From: a phage | Direction: 5' to 3' (one strand) | Sequence record: PX651718.1 | Length of the DNA stretch: 52,949 nt | Part shown: in pieces, positions 8,996 to 19,173 of the stretch | How positions within the stretch are numbered: the stretch's first letter is position 1 | How the letters are laid out: each line of letters begins with the position of its first letter | The notes under the pieces: generated by a model | Databases searched by the model: none | Seen by the model: the letters and a program-made list of their open reading frames with translations, nothing else | Told to the model about the DNA's origin: nothing | Position numbers and translations under genes: made by a program

Positions 8996-9740
8996 GCTCC
9001 TCGCTGATGGTACAAGATATACAAAGGCTCACGCACATGATTGGGAAGACCCAGATTGCCGTATCAAAGGGCGCTGTGAACTCTTCATCAAGATTGACGG
9101 AATTCGAGCTATCCGTAATAAATCAGGTAGTGTCTGGAGTCGTAATTCCAAACCCCTACCTCATTTGGACCACTTACAGTTCAGAGATGCTGAGATATTC
9201 CGTAATAGTTGGAATGAGACTTCTAGCATCCTCGGACGTATTGACCCGCCAAGCGTCCCTCTAACCCAGGACAATGTGTATGAGTTGAGCGATGGTGCTG
9301 TTGACCCACGCTTGTACATCGGCTGGTGCAAAGACCCAAGCAATGAAAACCTTAAGGCATTGATGGATAAATATCTGGCGCTTGGTCATGAAGGTATTAT
9401 TGTCCGTGATGCAAAAGGTAAATGGTGGAAGATTGTACCATATAAATATGCCGATGTGAAGATTACTGGTATGAAAGAAGGTACTGGTGCTCTCAAAGGT
9501 ATGTGTGGTTCTATCTCCTCGAACTACGGCAGTGCTGGCTCAATGGTGAAAGATTGTCTGGCAGACCACGGTATTCCAGAATCTAACACATTGATTCGTA
9601 AGTGGTTGTGGGAACATCGCCACGAGCTAATTGGTTCGATTATGCAAGTTCGGTATCGTGAGAAGACAGAAGCTGGTAAGTTCCGGTTCCCGTCACTCGT
9701 TCGTTTACGTGCAGACAAAAGTGAGGAAAGTTTTGATTAA
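8985..9740 (+). CDS. ATP-dependent DNA (or RNA) ligase, minimal nucleotidyltransferase type
   Basis: Motif I KIDGIR (FIKIDGIRAI); motif IV-like EGIIVRD; motif V-like KWWKIVP. Confidence 0.65.
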   Translation: MSIKLLADGTRYTKAHAHDWEDPDCRIKGRCELFIKIDGIRAIRNKSGSVWSRNSKPLPHLDHLQFRDAEIFRNSWNETSSILGRIDPPSVPLTQDNVYELSDGAVDPRLYIGWCKDPSNENLKALMDKYLALGHEGIIVRDAKGKWWKIVPYKYADVKITGMKEGTGALKGMCGSISSNYGSAGSMVKDCLADHGIPESNTLIRKWLWEHRHELIGSIMQVRYREKTEAGKFRFPSLVRLRADKSEESFD

Positions 9741-10359
9741 GCGACTAGCTGTTATCCTCAATGGACCTCCAGGCTGCGGTAAAGACACCATCGCAAATAA
9801 GATTGTTGCTGCCGAGGAACCATACTTTCTTGGCAGACGCAAATTCATTAAACACCAGTTTAAGGATGCACTGTATGAGCACACTGCCAAACACTTTCAA
9901 GTTGATGTGGACAAGTTTATTCACTACGCTTCGGACCGTGACCTCAAAGACTCTATCTCCCTTGCAGGTCTTGGTGGCAGAACACCTCGTCAGGCTCTTA
10001 TTCACGTTAGCGAAGATGTGTATAAACCTCGCCACGGACAAGACTACTTCGGTAAGGTTGAAGCTGCTCGTGTTGAAGAACTCGCGGGGCGTATGGGTGG
10101 CATTATTAATGTCATTTACCCCGATGGCGGTTTTGGTGATGAAGTCGTTGCCATTGAGTCTGCTTATGATTTTGTCCTCATTGTGCGTTTGCATCGTGAT
10201 GGTTTTGATTTCACGGGCGATTCTCGCAGATACATCAACCTCCCAGACACACCTACCCGCGTAACAGTGGACGAACATTTAGTTGATGGTAAAGTGGGTG
10301 ATTCTGTATTCAAAGTGTTCAACTGGATTGAACGCGTAACCTATCAAGTAGAGAAATAA
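9733..10359 (+). CDS. P-loop kinase (dNMP kinase-like)
   Basis: Walker A GPPGCGKDT; likely TTG start at 9733 with GAGGAAAG RBS (track ORF extends upstream into the ligase). Confidence 0.55.
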   Translation: MIKRLAVILNGPPGCGKDTIANKIVAAEEPYFLGRRKFIKHQFKDALYEHTAKHFQVDVDKFIHYASDRDLKDSISLAGLGGRTPRQALIHVSEDVYKPRHGQDYFGKVEAARVEELAGRMGGIINVIYPDGGFGDEVVAIESAYDFVLIVRLHRDGFDFTGDSRRYINLPDTPTRVTVDEHLVDGKVGDSVFKVFNWIERVTYQVEK

Positions 10360-10361
10360 TC

Positions 10362-10883
10362 ATGTCTTGTATGACCCAAGTTGTTGCAGTTAAGCGAGTG
10401 CATCCTAATGCGAAATTACCTGTGTACGCTACTGTTGGCGCTGCTGCTGCTGACGTTTGCACTATCTCCGATAGCACTGTTGTTATCAATCCCGGCTGCT
10501 CTGCTGTTTTCGATACTGGCCTCCAGTTCGAGGTTCCAGTTGGATACGAACTCAAAGTATATAGCCGTTCTGGTCATGGCTTTAAGTCTGGCATTCGCCT
10601 GGCAAACTGCACAGGAATTCTGGACTCCGATTATCGTGGCAATCTTATGGTTAAGCTGCACAATGACTCGGACACAGCCTTTGTGGTTCAGCCAGGTGAA
10701 CGTATTTGTCAGGTGCAAGTTAGTAAAGCTACTCAACACCATTTCGTCGAAGTTGACCGCCTGAATGCAACTGGTCGTGGCGAAGGTGGCTTTGGCTCAA
10801 CTGGTCGTGTGGAACTCGGTCAACACGAAAGACCGCATATTCCAGAAGGCTTGACAGTCCACAATCACAGCATTACCAAGTAA
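10362..10883 (+). CDS. dut: dUTP pyrophosphatase (dUTPase)
   Basis: All five trimeric dUTPase motifs: AAADV, SRSG, GILDSDYRG, GERICQ, RGEGGFGSTG. Confidence 0.9.
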   Translation: MSCMTQVVAVKRVHPNAKLPVYATVGAAAADVCTISDSTVVINPGCSAVFDTGLQFEVPVGYELKVYSRSGHGFKSGIRLANCTGILDSDYRGNLMVKLHNDSDTAFVVQPGERICQVQVSKATQHHFVEVDRLNATGRGEGGFGSTGRVELGQHERPHIPEGLTVHNHSITK

Positions 10884-10922
10884 TATTCGACATTCTCAGT
10901 AACCAATTGGAACCTATCTGAA

Positions 10923-11252
10923 ATGAAACTGTCCTCACCTGTTGTAGTAAATAACCGCAAAGTTAACTTTGCATATCTAAAGTCTAATGTCACCTCAACT
11001 GGTGGCGGGACTTATCTCACCCGTGCACTTGCAGTTCGCAACGAAACAGGTGCGGATGTTATCGTTTTCATGCTTCCTCATGGTGAAAACACAATCAAGA
11101 ACGTCGAACGTATCAAGCGTGGGCGCGAAGATTTAATGTCGGCTGTTAAGCCGCTGATACTGCCATTTAAGATTGTGGTGGTTGTTGGTTCTACCCAAGC
11201 ATATCTTGAAGATTTCTATAAAGATATGGCCTGGAGCGATATTAAATATTAA
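10923..11252 (+). CDS. hypothetical protein
   Basis: Track ORF. Confidence 0.5.
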   Translation: MKLSSPVVVNNRKVNFAYLKSNVTSTGGGTYLTRALAVRNETGADVIVFMLPHGENTIKNVERIKRGREDLMSAVKPLILPFKIVVVVGSTQAYLEDFYKDMAWSDIKY

Positions 11253-11268
11253 GCGACACGCGTAACTA

Positions 11269-11297
11269 GGGAGGCTATCTGGCCTCCTATCTTATTC
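11269..11297 (+). terminator. putative terminator hairpin
   Basis: GGGAGGC-TATCTG-GCCTCCT stem-loop followed by a T-rich stretch. Confidence 0.4.
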
Positions 11298-11307
11298 GGA
11301 GTCGCTT

Positions 11308-11493
11308 ATGCGCACAATACAATGTCCTAACTGCCATTATGAAATTGCAGAAGATGATTTCATAACGCAGCAATGTCCTATCTGTGATTCATACATGCCA
11401 CTAAACCGCCTATATTTAAAGGCCGATTCTGGTTTAGGCAGCATCATTCGCATCAATCCCGTGCAAACTCAGCCATTAGTGGATTGTGATTAA
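11308..11493 (+). CDS. small zinc-ribbon protein
   Basis: CPNCHYE ... CPICDS (two CxxC pairs); RBS CGGAG. Confidence 0.5.
   Translation: MRTIQCPNCHYEIAEDDFITQQCPICDSYMPLNRLYLKADSGLGSIIRINPVQTQPLVDCD
11475..11490 (+). promoter_or_regulatory. variant copy of the conserved promoter-like motif (ATTAGTGGATTGTGAT)
   Basis: Matches ATTAGTTGGATGTGAA with small changes; lies just upstream of the terminase start. Confidence 0.3.
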
Positions 11494-11512
11494 AAACAAA
11501 GAGAACGAATCA

Positions 11513-13531
11513 ATGTCAAAGACTGGTGACCTCGGACCGGAGTTTAATGATACAGTAGCCTCGTATCTTGCCAAGCACTACGGTGACGTATTAAAAGTCT
11601 CAAGAGAAAGATTCTGTATTCTATCTTTGCCATTGCTCCGTCGATATATTTCAGAAAATACTGCAATAGTTGACAGCTATGAAGAACAAATTCAAGCAGA
11701 GTTAGAAGGCCAGGGTCTTGAAAACGATGCTGTACTGCGTTCCGTTTTCAGAGCACAACTTGAGCGTCTTCGCTCTGGCGACAAGAAAGACTCGACTGCC
11801 TATGCAGATGAGTTGAAGAAAGGTATTCAAGCAGGTGTTACTGACCGTGTTGCAGGTTCCACATTAGAGGAGCCAAACTCGGAGCATGATAACACCGACG
11901 AACTCGTAGACAAGATTCTGCATGACCCACATAACGTGGACCCAACTGTAATCCCTGCCAAGGTTGCAGAACGTGTTCGCAAAATCTTGATGAAAAGTTT
12001 CGAAGCCTTTGGTAAATGGCAGTTCCATATTCAGATGGGATTTCCATTTCAAGCACAAGACTTTCACGATGTAATATTCAGTGTTGGTCAGAAGGTTGTT
12101 GATGGTGAGATTGACCGCTTAATAGTGACCATTCCTCCACGACACTCTAAGACTCAGCTTATGAGTATTGCATTACCCTTGTATTCATTTTGCCACAATG
12201 AATCAAGCCATAACATTATCACTTCGTATGCAGAAGACGTTGTTCTTGAATCGAGTGGTTACATCCGTGCTGTAATGATGGACCCACTATTCCAACGCAT
12301 ATTCCCGAAGGTGAGAATCGACCCCAACAAACGTTCTCTTGAACGATGGGGTACAACCAAAGCTGGAGTTATGCACGCAGTACCTACTGGTGGTAAGCTA
12401 ACTGGTAAAGGTGCTGGACTTCTTGTTGCAAAGTATTCCGGCTGTTTCGTGGTGGATGACGTTATCAAGCCGAAAGATGCCTACTCTGACACAGTTCGAG
12501 CAGAAATCAACGACCGATTTGATAACACCTTTATGTCACGTCTTGCCAACGATGGTTGCATAACTGATTCGTACGGAAACCAAATTAAATGTGCCCGTAC
12601 ACCAATGGTTATCATCATGCAGCGAGTTCACGACCAAGATTTAGTTGGTTATATACTCCGTGGTGGCTCTTCTGACAAATATCACTATCTCAATATCCCA
12701 GCGATTATTGAGAAAGGCGTTGGGAGTGCCGAATGGTATGATAAGTTAATCAAGAAGCAGAACTACACTCATGCTATTCCCATTCTGTATAATTTGAACA
12801 GGAAGGAAGAGAAGTCTGCATTGTGGCCTTCACGTAAGAGCTTAGAATCTCTGGAGGCAATGAAAGAGTCTAACCCATACACATACAATTCACAGTATGC
12901 TGGCGACCCATCTGCACAAGGCCACGGCCTTATCAAAGAAGATTGGTGGCAAGAGTATGAGCCAGACGTTTTCGACAGAAGTCGCATAGTCAGAAGTTTT
13001 ATTACAGCGGATACGGCATCAACTGCCAAATCCTATTCTGATTATTCGGTCCTTAAGCATTGGGGCGTGACTAAAGAGCGTGATGTTTATTGTTTAGATA
13101 TTATGCTCGGTAAGTTTGAAACTCCAGAACTCAAGACTGCTATCATCGACTTCTGGAACAAATGCAACAAGTTGGACTTGAAATGTGTAGGTTGTATTCC
13201 TCGTGCACTGTACATGGAAGACAAGTCTGCCGGACAATTCTTGAACCAACAATTTATCAGAGATGGGAGTGTCCGAGTTTTGCCATTGCCTCGTGATGGG
13301 ATTAATGGTAATGACAAGGTAACTCGATTCCTTAACGCAATCCCATATTTCTCGCAAAAGAGAATATTCTTCCCTGCTGGTCATGAGCACATCGACCACG
13401 TTAGACGTGAAATACTTGGATTCACTTCTTTGGGCAGTGGTACTGGACACGACGATTGTGTCGATAACGTTTCAGATATGGTTGCAATCGAATTCTCAGG
13501 CCCAAGTGCCAACTACTCCGCATGGATGTAA
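11513..13531 (+). CDS. terminase large subunit
   Basis: ATPase segment IVTIPPRHSKTQ (Walker A-like); VVDDVIKP Walker B-like; position immediately upstream of the portal gene; ATG at 11513 preferred over the track's GTG at 11486. Confidence 0.75.
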   Translation: MSKTGDLGPEFNDTVASYLAKHYGDVLKVSRERFCILSLPLLRRYISENTAIVDSYEEQIQAELEGQGLENDAVLRSVFRAQLERLRSGDKKDSTAYADELKKGIQAGVTDRVAGSTLEEPNSEHDNTDELVDKILHDPHNVDPTVIPAKVAERVRKILMKSFEAFGKWQFHIQMGFPFQAQDFHDVIFSVGQKVVDGEIDRLIVTIPPRHSKTQLMSIALPLYSFCHNESSHNIITSYAEDVVLESSGYIRAVMMDPLFQRIFPKVRIDPNKRSLERWGTTKAGVMHAVPTGGKLTGKGAGLLVAKYSGCFVVDDVIKPKDAYSDTVRAEINDRFDNTFMSRLANDGCITDSYGNQIKCARTPMVIIMQRVHDQDLVGYILRGGSSDKYHYLNIPAIIEKGVGSAEWYDKLIKKQNYTHAIPILYNLNRKEEKSALWPSRKSLESLEAMKESNPYTYNSQYAGDPSAQGHGLIKEDWWQEYEPDVFDRSRIVRSFITADTASTAKSYSDYSVLKHWGVTKERDVYCLDIMLGKFETPELKTAIIDFWNKCNKLDLKCVGCIPRALYMEDKSAGQFLNQQFIRDGSVRVLPLPRDGINGNDKVTRFLNAIPYFSQKRIFFPAGHEHIDHVRREILGFTSLGSGTGHDDCVDNVSDMVAIEFSGPSANYSAWM

Positions 13532-13533
13532 AT

Positions 13534-13746
13534 ATGGCGGTTATCACTCGTTTAGATGCCCGCTCACGCAAGAACAACTCCTTCCAGATTCAAGATTTGG
13601 AAGGAAACATTTTATGTGTGATTGAGGCAGTTTCTACCACAGAGAGCGACTGTGTTAAATTAAAGCACGAGTCAAATCTGCGACTCCACACCTCCGACAA
13701 CATTCAAATTGTTAAGGGTAATGGAACTATTCTAAGGAAGAAATAA
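13534..13746 (+). CDS. hypothetical protein
   Basis: ATG at 13534 with GGATG upstream; in frame with track ORF 13522..13746. Confidence 0.4.
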   Translation: MAVITRLDARSRKNNSFQIQDLEGNILCVIEAVSTTESDCVKLKHESNLRLHTSDNIQIVKGNGTILRKK

Positions 13747-15062
13747 TGACTTCCAAGAAGAAAAACAATCTTTCTGTTAAAGTTGCAGATGGGTTAGAAA
13801 ACCTTGTAACGGGGTTGGGCGGTCAGGCAGATAAGTCCACTTTTAACCAGTGGACTTTCTCAAACAAGAACGCGAACTATCGCGAACTTATGAACCGCTT
13901 CCGTGAGGATTGGGTTGCACAGAAAGTGTGTACCGTCATTCCTCAAGACATGACGCGTAAGTGGCGACATATTGATAGTGAAGAAGGACGCAAAGCGGAT
14001 AAGAAACTTCGTATTCGTAAGCTGTTCCGTGAGGCATATCAATGGGCCAGATTGTATGGTACTTCATTTGTTCTGCTCGACCTGAAAGGTACGGGCAAAC
14101 TTGATACACCATTGCGACTGGATAACTTGAAGACTGGATGTATTAAATCCATGAGAGTTATTGACCGCTCACGCTTATTTGCCGCAGGGACTATGGTTCT
14201 GGACCCTTTGAGTCCTCACTATGGTTTGCCAGAGTATTATACTTTGGCTGGGTATCCCGGCTATATCCACTACACTCGTTTCCTTCGGTTCGAGGGTACT
14301 GAACTACCGCTGTTCGAATTCCAACGCAACATGTGGTATTCCGATTCGGTACTTATTCCACTGCTGAAAACGATTGACCAATTCTACACAACTGCTGCTG
14401 CTGCCGCCAGCCTCGCCCAAGAAGCCACCATTGATGTGGTAACTGTCGAAGGCTTACAATCTCTGCTTACATCACCGGAAGGTGAAGCTGCTGTGATGAA
14501 GCGCTTCAAACTTATGAAGCTGGCAAAGAGTATTTATAACGTCTTAATTCTCGACAACACTGAGAAGTATGACACCAAGTCAATTGCACTATCTGGTGTG
14601 AAAGATTTGATTTGGGAATACTTGAAGATAGTTGCTGCCGCAGTTGGTATTCCGGCTACACGTTTCCTTTCTGCATCTCCAGACGGTATGAATGCTACGG
14701 GCGAATCTGACCTCGTAAACTATATCGACTTGTTGACTGGCTTGCAGACTTCTGTGTTCGACCCTCGTTTAGATGTGGTAGACAAGATTGTCCAAGCGCA
14801 CTTTGGCATCGAAGAGTATAGCTACGAATGGCTAGATATCTTCCCTGAATCCAACGTTGAGAAAGCGAAGCGAGCTAAAGATTTGGCATTTGCTGTTGAC
14901 CTGCTGGTTAACAACGGCACTATTACTACCGAAGTTGCAAACGAAGTCATGTTCCATTCGGGCGTGTTCGGAACTTGTGACCTTGGCAAGCCAAATCCTA
15001 ATCCTCCTAACATCCAAAAGGGTAACGCAAGTGAAGCAAAACCAAAACCTGGTTCAGCTTAA
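13746..15062 (+). CDS. portal protein (putative)
   Basis: 438-aa ORF with RBS AAGGAAG, directly downstream of terminase and upstream of scaffold/capsid genes; assigned by synteny. Confidence 0.6.
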   Translation: MTSKKKNNLSVKVADGLENLVTGLGGQADKSTFNQWTFSNKNANYRELMNRFREDWVAQKVCTVIPQDMTRKWRHIDSEEGRKADKKLRIRKLFREAYQWARLYGTSFVLLDLKGTGKLDTPLRLDNLKTGCIKSMRVIDRSRLFAAGTMVLDPLSPHYGLPEYYTLAGYPGYIHYTRFLRFEGTELPLFEFQRNMWYSDSVLIPLLKTIDQFYTTAAAAASLAQEATIDVVTVEGLQSLLTSPEGEAAVMKRFKLMKLAKSIYNVLILDNTEKYDTKSIALSGVKDLIWEYLKIVAAAVGIPATRFLSASPDGMNATGESDLVNYIDLLTGLQTSVFDPRLDVVDKIVQAHFGIEEYSYEWLDIFPESNVEKAKRAKDLAFAVDLLVNNGTITTEVANEVMFHSGVFGTCDLGKPNPNPPNIQKGNASEAKPKPGSA

Positions 15063-16095
15063 CGACGAAGATACCGTGAATGAAGTAGTTTTGTTGAACG
15101 ACAAGGCTACTTTGACGACCCGTCGTTTACGTGACTCTGGCGAAATGATTGCAGAATGCACCATCGCTCGTACTGGCATCATGCTGTACAAAGCAAAAGA
15201 GCTTGGTGAAATCGCAAAACATCTGGACCCAGAATCTATTTGCCGTGTTCGTACCAAGCCGGAAGTATTATTTGATGAAGCAACCATTGAAGGTTGTCGC
15301 TCAATTCCGGTTACTATCGGCCATCCGAAAAATGATGTTAACATCAAGAACAACAAAGAACTCCAGAAAGGGTTCATCGAAGGGCGTCCAGTTGCAGACG
15401 GCTCTTTCTTGGCTGCATCAATCGTTTTGAATGACGAGCAAGCTATTCGATTAGTTGATTCTGGTGTTGACCAAATCTCCTTGGGCCATAATGCTGAACT
15501 GGCTGTATCAGAAGATGATGAAGCCGACTTCGATAAAGTTCGCATTATCCCTAACCATGCTGCAATTGTTGTTCGTGGTCGTGCTCAGACTACCCGCATT
15601 GGTGACTCTGGTGAAGAGATTGCCATTGTTGATAAGGCAACCTTTGATGTTGTTGAAGCAGAGCGTGATGCAGCGCTTGACAAGATTAGTGCCCTTGAAC
15701 AGAAACTTGCTGATGCGGAAACTGCACGACTATCCGATGAAGCTATTCAGGCTGAGGTAGACAAACGTGTAGTTGCTCGTACAGCATTGCTTGTTGATGT
15801 GGCCCGTCTTGGCGACGAGTTCTCCAACCTCGATTTCTCCGGCAAGACCGATGCAGAAATTAAGTTGGCTGTAGTTAATAAATTGCATGACAAGGATTTC
15901 AGCGATAAGAGCGAAGACTATATCTCCGCCCGTTTCGATGCAGCTCTTGAAGATTGCGATTCCATTACTTTGGGAGATGCCCTGAATCAGTCTATGCAAT
16001 TCTCTGCTAAGAAAGATTCAGAAGCTCGTAAACCTAAAGTTTCTATTTCCGAAGAAGCTAACAAACGTCGTTTAGAACGCTTCAACTCTTTATAA
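15031..16095 (+). CDS. capsid scaffolding / prohead core protein (putative)
   Basis: Coiled-coil-like C-terminal region; sits between portal and capsid genes; GTG at 15031 with AAAAGGG upstream (track ORF begins earlier, at 14857). Confidence 0.45.
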   Translation: MKQNQNLVQLNDEDTVNEVVLLNDKATLTTRRLRDSGEMIAECTIARTGIMLYKAKELGEIAKHLDPESICRVRTKPEVLFDEATIEGCRSIPVTIGHPKNDVNIKNNKELQKGFIEGRPVADGSFLAASIVLNDEQAIRLVDSGVDQISLGHNAELAVSEDDEADFDKVRIIPNHAAIVVRGRAQTTRIGDSGEEIAIVDKATFDVVEAERDAALDKISALEQKLADAETARLSDEAIQAEVDKRVVARTALLVDVARLGDEFSNLDFSGKTDAEIKLAVVNKLHDKDFSDKSEDYISARFDAALEDCDSITLGDALNQSMQFSAKKDSEARKPKVSISEEANKRRLERFNSL

Positions 16096-16104
16096 GGTAA
16101 GACA

Positions 16105-16578
16105 ATGCCAAAGCAAGATTGGTCTATTAATACTGGTGAAGCATATGCAGGTGAACAATATGGCCTGGCTACCACCAACTCCCAGCGCCTGACCTACGTT
16201 GCCGAAGAAGAAATGGCAAACTTTGGTCTGGCTGTTGTTCAAGGCACAGCTTCTAATCAGGTTAAACCTGGTATTGGTTCTGATGGCACTGTTCTGGGCA
16301 TTACTATGCGCCAGATTAACATTGAATCCGCCACCCGTCCTGGTGACGGTACTGTTGCAATCAAAGTTGGCTGGCCTCTGGGTGTTATGCTGTCTGGCCC
16401 AATCATGGTCAAACTGAAAACTGCAATCACCGACAAGAACATTGGCGTATCCACTAAAGGCGAATTTGGCGGTGTTGGTGCTGGGTATACTAAAGCAACC
16501 AACCTGACTGCCCTGCGTTATCCGGCTTCCGCTGGCGATGTTGTCCCGGTCATGATTAACGTAGTCCCAAAGCCGTAA
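16105..16578 (+). CDS. small capsid-associated protein (decoration-like), zero-frame product
   Basis: Track ORF with AAGG RBS; directly upstream of the major capsid gene; 3' end carries a slippery heptamer. Confidence 0.6.
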   Translation: MPKQDWSINTGEAYAGEQYGLATTNSQRLTYVAEEEMANFGLAVVQGTASNQVKPGIGSDGTVLGITMRQINIESATRPGDGTVAIKVGWPLGVMLSGPIMVKLKTAITDKNIGVSTKGEFGGVGAGYTKATNLTALRYPASAGDVVPVMINVVPKP

Positions 16579-16871
16579 CGCCACCTCCAGCCCCTACAGT
16601 ATCTGCTGTAGCTGGAGTTGTAACGGCTGATGCGTCTTCTACTGATGCCACTGTAACTGTAGACAAGCTGTTCAAGTTTGAGAACTCTACAGCAACAGAT
16701 TATAACTTCGCTGTTACACCTCCTGTGACTGGTGTTTCTGTGGCGGCAAACGGCACTGTGACTGTCTTGAATGAGACGACTACAGAGACTTCTGCTACAA
16801 TTAAGGCAACAAACAAAACAACCTCTAGCGTAACTGCGACCAAAGAAATTACCATTACGCCGAAGGCTTAA
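16566..16871 (+). other. programmed -1 frameshift site (CCCAAAG, 16566-16572) and -1 frame extension of the 16105 gene encoding an Ig-like (T/S/V-rich) domain
   Basis: Heptamer C CCA AAG three codons before the zero-frame stop; the -1 frame is closed by TAA at 16557-16559 and then open for 101 codons to TAA at 16869-16871 with no ATG; hairpin CTCCAG...CTACAG/CTGTAG...CTGGAG starts about 12 nt downstream. Confidence 0.65.
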
Positions 16872-16926
16872 GTTGCAATGGCGCAATTAATGGTTGCGCC
16901 TCATCAAACAAAACGGATTAATTTAC

Positions 16927-17934
16927 ATGCCTAAGATGATTAAACTGGCGGACGGTTCTGAATTCGAACTGAACGACGCTATCACCCGTATTCAGGATTC
17001 TGGCACTGTTGTCCTGAATGACGACGATGCAGTATTCTTTCAACGCCAGCTTGAGTTCATTGAAGCTCAAACTTATGACACCCTGTATCCAGAACTGGAA
17101 GCGCGTGCTGCTTTCGGTGTGGACACCACTGGTGGTGCTGGCGTAAACACTCTGACCTACCGTTCCTACAACCATGTAGGTAAAGCTCAGGTAATTAATG
17201 CCCGTGCAACCGACCTGCCGAAGTCCAGCATTTCTGGTAAAGAATACAGCATCCCTGTTAAATCAGTTGGTACTGCATTCGACTACGATATTGACGAAGT
17301 AGCGTCTGCTGCTGTTACTGGCCTCCCGCTGGAAACTCGTAAAGCGAATGCTGCTATTCGTGGTTACGAGCAGTATGTTAACTCTGCTGCATGGTACGGC
17401 GATAAAGCTAACGGCTTTGTTGGCTTCTTCGAAAACCCAGACATTACCAAAGCAACTGTTGCTCAGGGTGCTGGTGGCTCTACCAAGTGGGCCGAGAAGA
17501 CTCCGACCGAAGTTATTGCTGACCTGACTGCTGCTGTGTCTGCAATGTATGCTTCTACTCTGAAAATTATGCGCCCGGATGAAATCTGGATGCCTGTTGA
17601 GCATGAGCAGTACATCTTCAACACTGCACGTTCTGAACAGTCTGATAAGACGATTGGTCAGTTCTTCATTGACAACAACCAGTTCATCAACTCCCGCGAT
17701 AAAATCAAGGGTCTGAACGCAATCAAGGGTCACGGCGATTCTGGCTCCGATTGCTTCGTTGTTGTTTGCCGCAATGCAATGGGCAACCGTACTTTCCGTC
17801 TGCGTGAGCCTCTGCCACTGACCTGGCAACCGGTACAGCTTCATGGTCTGGTTTATGAAGTTCCTGGCCGTGGTCGTTTCGCTGGCTTCCAAGCGATGTA
17901 TCCGGCAGCAATCTCCATCAACTCCGGCATCTGA
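16927..17934 (+). CDS. major capsid protein (putative)
   Basis: About 340-aa ORF downstream of scaffold and small capsid protein; high-expression-like codon usage; tandem stops TGA TAA; followed by a hairpin. Confidence 0.6.
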   Translation: MPKMIKLADGSEFELNDAITRIQDSGTVVLNDDDAVFFQRQLEFIEAQTYDTLYPELEARAAFGVDTTGGAGVNTLTYRSYNHVGKAQVINARATDLPKSSISGKEYSIPVKSVGTAFDYDIDEVASAAVTGLPLETRKANAAIRGYEQYVNSAAWYGDKANGFVGFFENPDITKATVAQGAGGSTKWAEKTPTEVIADLTAAVSAMYASTLKIMRPDEIWMPVEHEQYIFNTARSEQSDKTIGQFFIDNNQFINSRDKIKGLNAIKGHGDSGSDCFVVVCRNAMGNRTFRLREPLPLTWQPVQLHGLVYEVPGRGRFAGFQAMYPAAISINSGI

Positions 17935-17940
17935 TAAATA

Positions 17941-17960
17941 GGGCGGGACTGTTCTCGCCC
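17941..17960 (+). terminator. GC-rich hairpin after the capsid gene (possible partial terminator or processing site)
   Basis: GGGCGGG-ACTGTT-CTCGCCC stem-loop; no clear T-tract. Confidence 0.3.
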
Positions 17961-17980
17961 ATAACTTAAGAGAAATAGTA

Positions 17981-18421
17981 ATGCAGATTAAGAACAACGA
18001 ATCACGCAACCTTCAATTCTTCTTCTATAAGAAGGGAAAGTCTGGCAAATCTGAGCTAGACTTTGTTCACATTCCTGGTGGCGCAACTGTAGAAATCGAT
18101 GACGAAATCTACAAATCTCTTACGGCATCTCTGACGGAAGTTGAAGAACTGCGCGAAGAAGTGGTTCCGCTTGATGACGAGAATATCGGTGCTTCTGTTA
18201 AGACTGGTAAAGAAGCTCTTGTCATTAAAGAGTATTACAGCACTGGCAAAACTCGCAAAGTCAACCTGGTTAAAGAAGCAATCAAAGCTGGTTCTCTTAC
18301 CATTGTTGAACGTGTGAAAGTTGGTATGCCTGACATTGATGCTATTCTGACTAAGAATGGTATTGATATTAAAGGTATGCCGGAAGACGTTAAACTGGCA
18401 CTCTACGATAAGTTGGCGTAA
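17981..18421 (+). CDS. hypothetical structural protein
   Basis: Track ORF with RBS, in the head-tail joining region. Confidence 0.55.
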   Translation: MQIKNNESRNLQFFFYKKGKSGKSELDFVHIPGGATVEIDDEIYKSLTASLTEVEELREEVVPLDDENIGASVKTGKEALVIKEYYSTGKTRKVNLVKEAIKAGSLTIVERVKVGMPDIDAILTKNGIDIKGMPEDVKLALYDKLA

Positions 18422-18811
18422 ATGATAACACTAACCGATTTGGTGAAACGTTATCCGGCTATGGCTGACATGACCCAAGCACGTTTTGACATTTTAGTTG
18501 AAGATGCAAAACTTGTGATGGGAACAATCGAATCGCGTTGGTGTGGGTTTTATGACCCAGCTATGGCATCACTTGTCGCGCACTGGTCTTCAACAATTGA
18601 TGACTTAATGCCTGGTGATGCCGCAATGCCAGCTATGCCTGTAAGTCGTACTGATGTGGACGATGTGCAGGTAGAGTTCAGCGACCGAATCATTTCGACT
18701 ATCCCATATATCGAAGCTGATTTCATGTCAACCGTGTACGGTCAACGTTATTTACAATGGCGGCGCATGGCATTTGCTGGGCCGAGGGTAAGCCCTGGGT
18801 CACAGTTTTGA
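18422..18811 (+). CDS. hypothetical structural protein
   Basis: Track ORF abutting the previous gene. Confidence 0.5.
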   Translation: MITLTDLVKRYPAMADMTQARFDILVEDAKLVMGTIESRWCGFYDPAMASLVAHWSSTIDDLMPGDAAMPAMPVSRTDVDDVQVEFSDRIISTIPYIEADFMSTVYGQRYLQWRRMAFAGPRVSPGSQF

Positions 18812-19173
18812 TTAATCAACGCCTAGCTTTCAACAGGTACACGACCACGGGTCGTCCTACTCTTGCAGTATATGTAGAGGGTCACTACGACAATCTTAAC
18901 AATTGGGTGGAAGATTCTTGGGAACCTCCAAAGAAATTCCGCTGTACTCCTATTGCATATGGGGACAGGGATTCTGGCGTAGCTGGCCAACAGCTTAAAG
19001 CAACGGATGTTGGTGAGCGTCAACCAGCATTCATGAAGATTCATAGTCGTACTGAGATGCCGATGAAATCAATCATCACTGTTTATGGCATTCAGTATAA
19101 AGTTATAGCAATAAACGATTATGAAGATGCCGGATTCTTCTCTGTAATTGCTGCACGCGTACTGGAGAAGTGA
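18757..19173 (+). CDS. hypothetical structural protein (start uncertain; TTG at 18808 also possible)
   Basis: Track ORF overlapping the previous gene; no slippery heptamer in the overlap. Confidence 0.45.
   Translation: MAAHGICWAEGKPWVTVLINQRLAFNRYTTTGRPTLAVYVEGHYDNLNNWVEDSWEPPKKFRCTPIAYGDRDSGVAGQQLKATDVGERQPAFMKIHSRTEMPMKSIITVYGIQYKVIAINDYEDAGFFSVIAARVLEK

Noticed and set aside
18757-18811. Programmed frameshift fusing 18422..18811 with 18757..19173
   Set aside because: The overlap has no X XXY YYZ slippery heptamer in the zero frame, and the downstream frame has its own start candidates; treated as ordinary overlapping genes.
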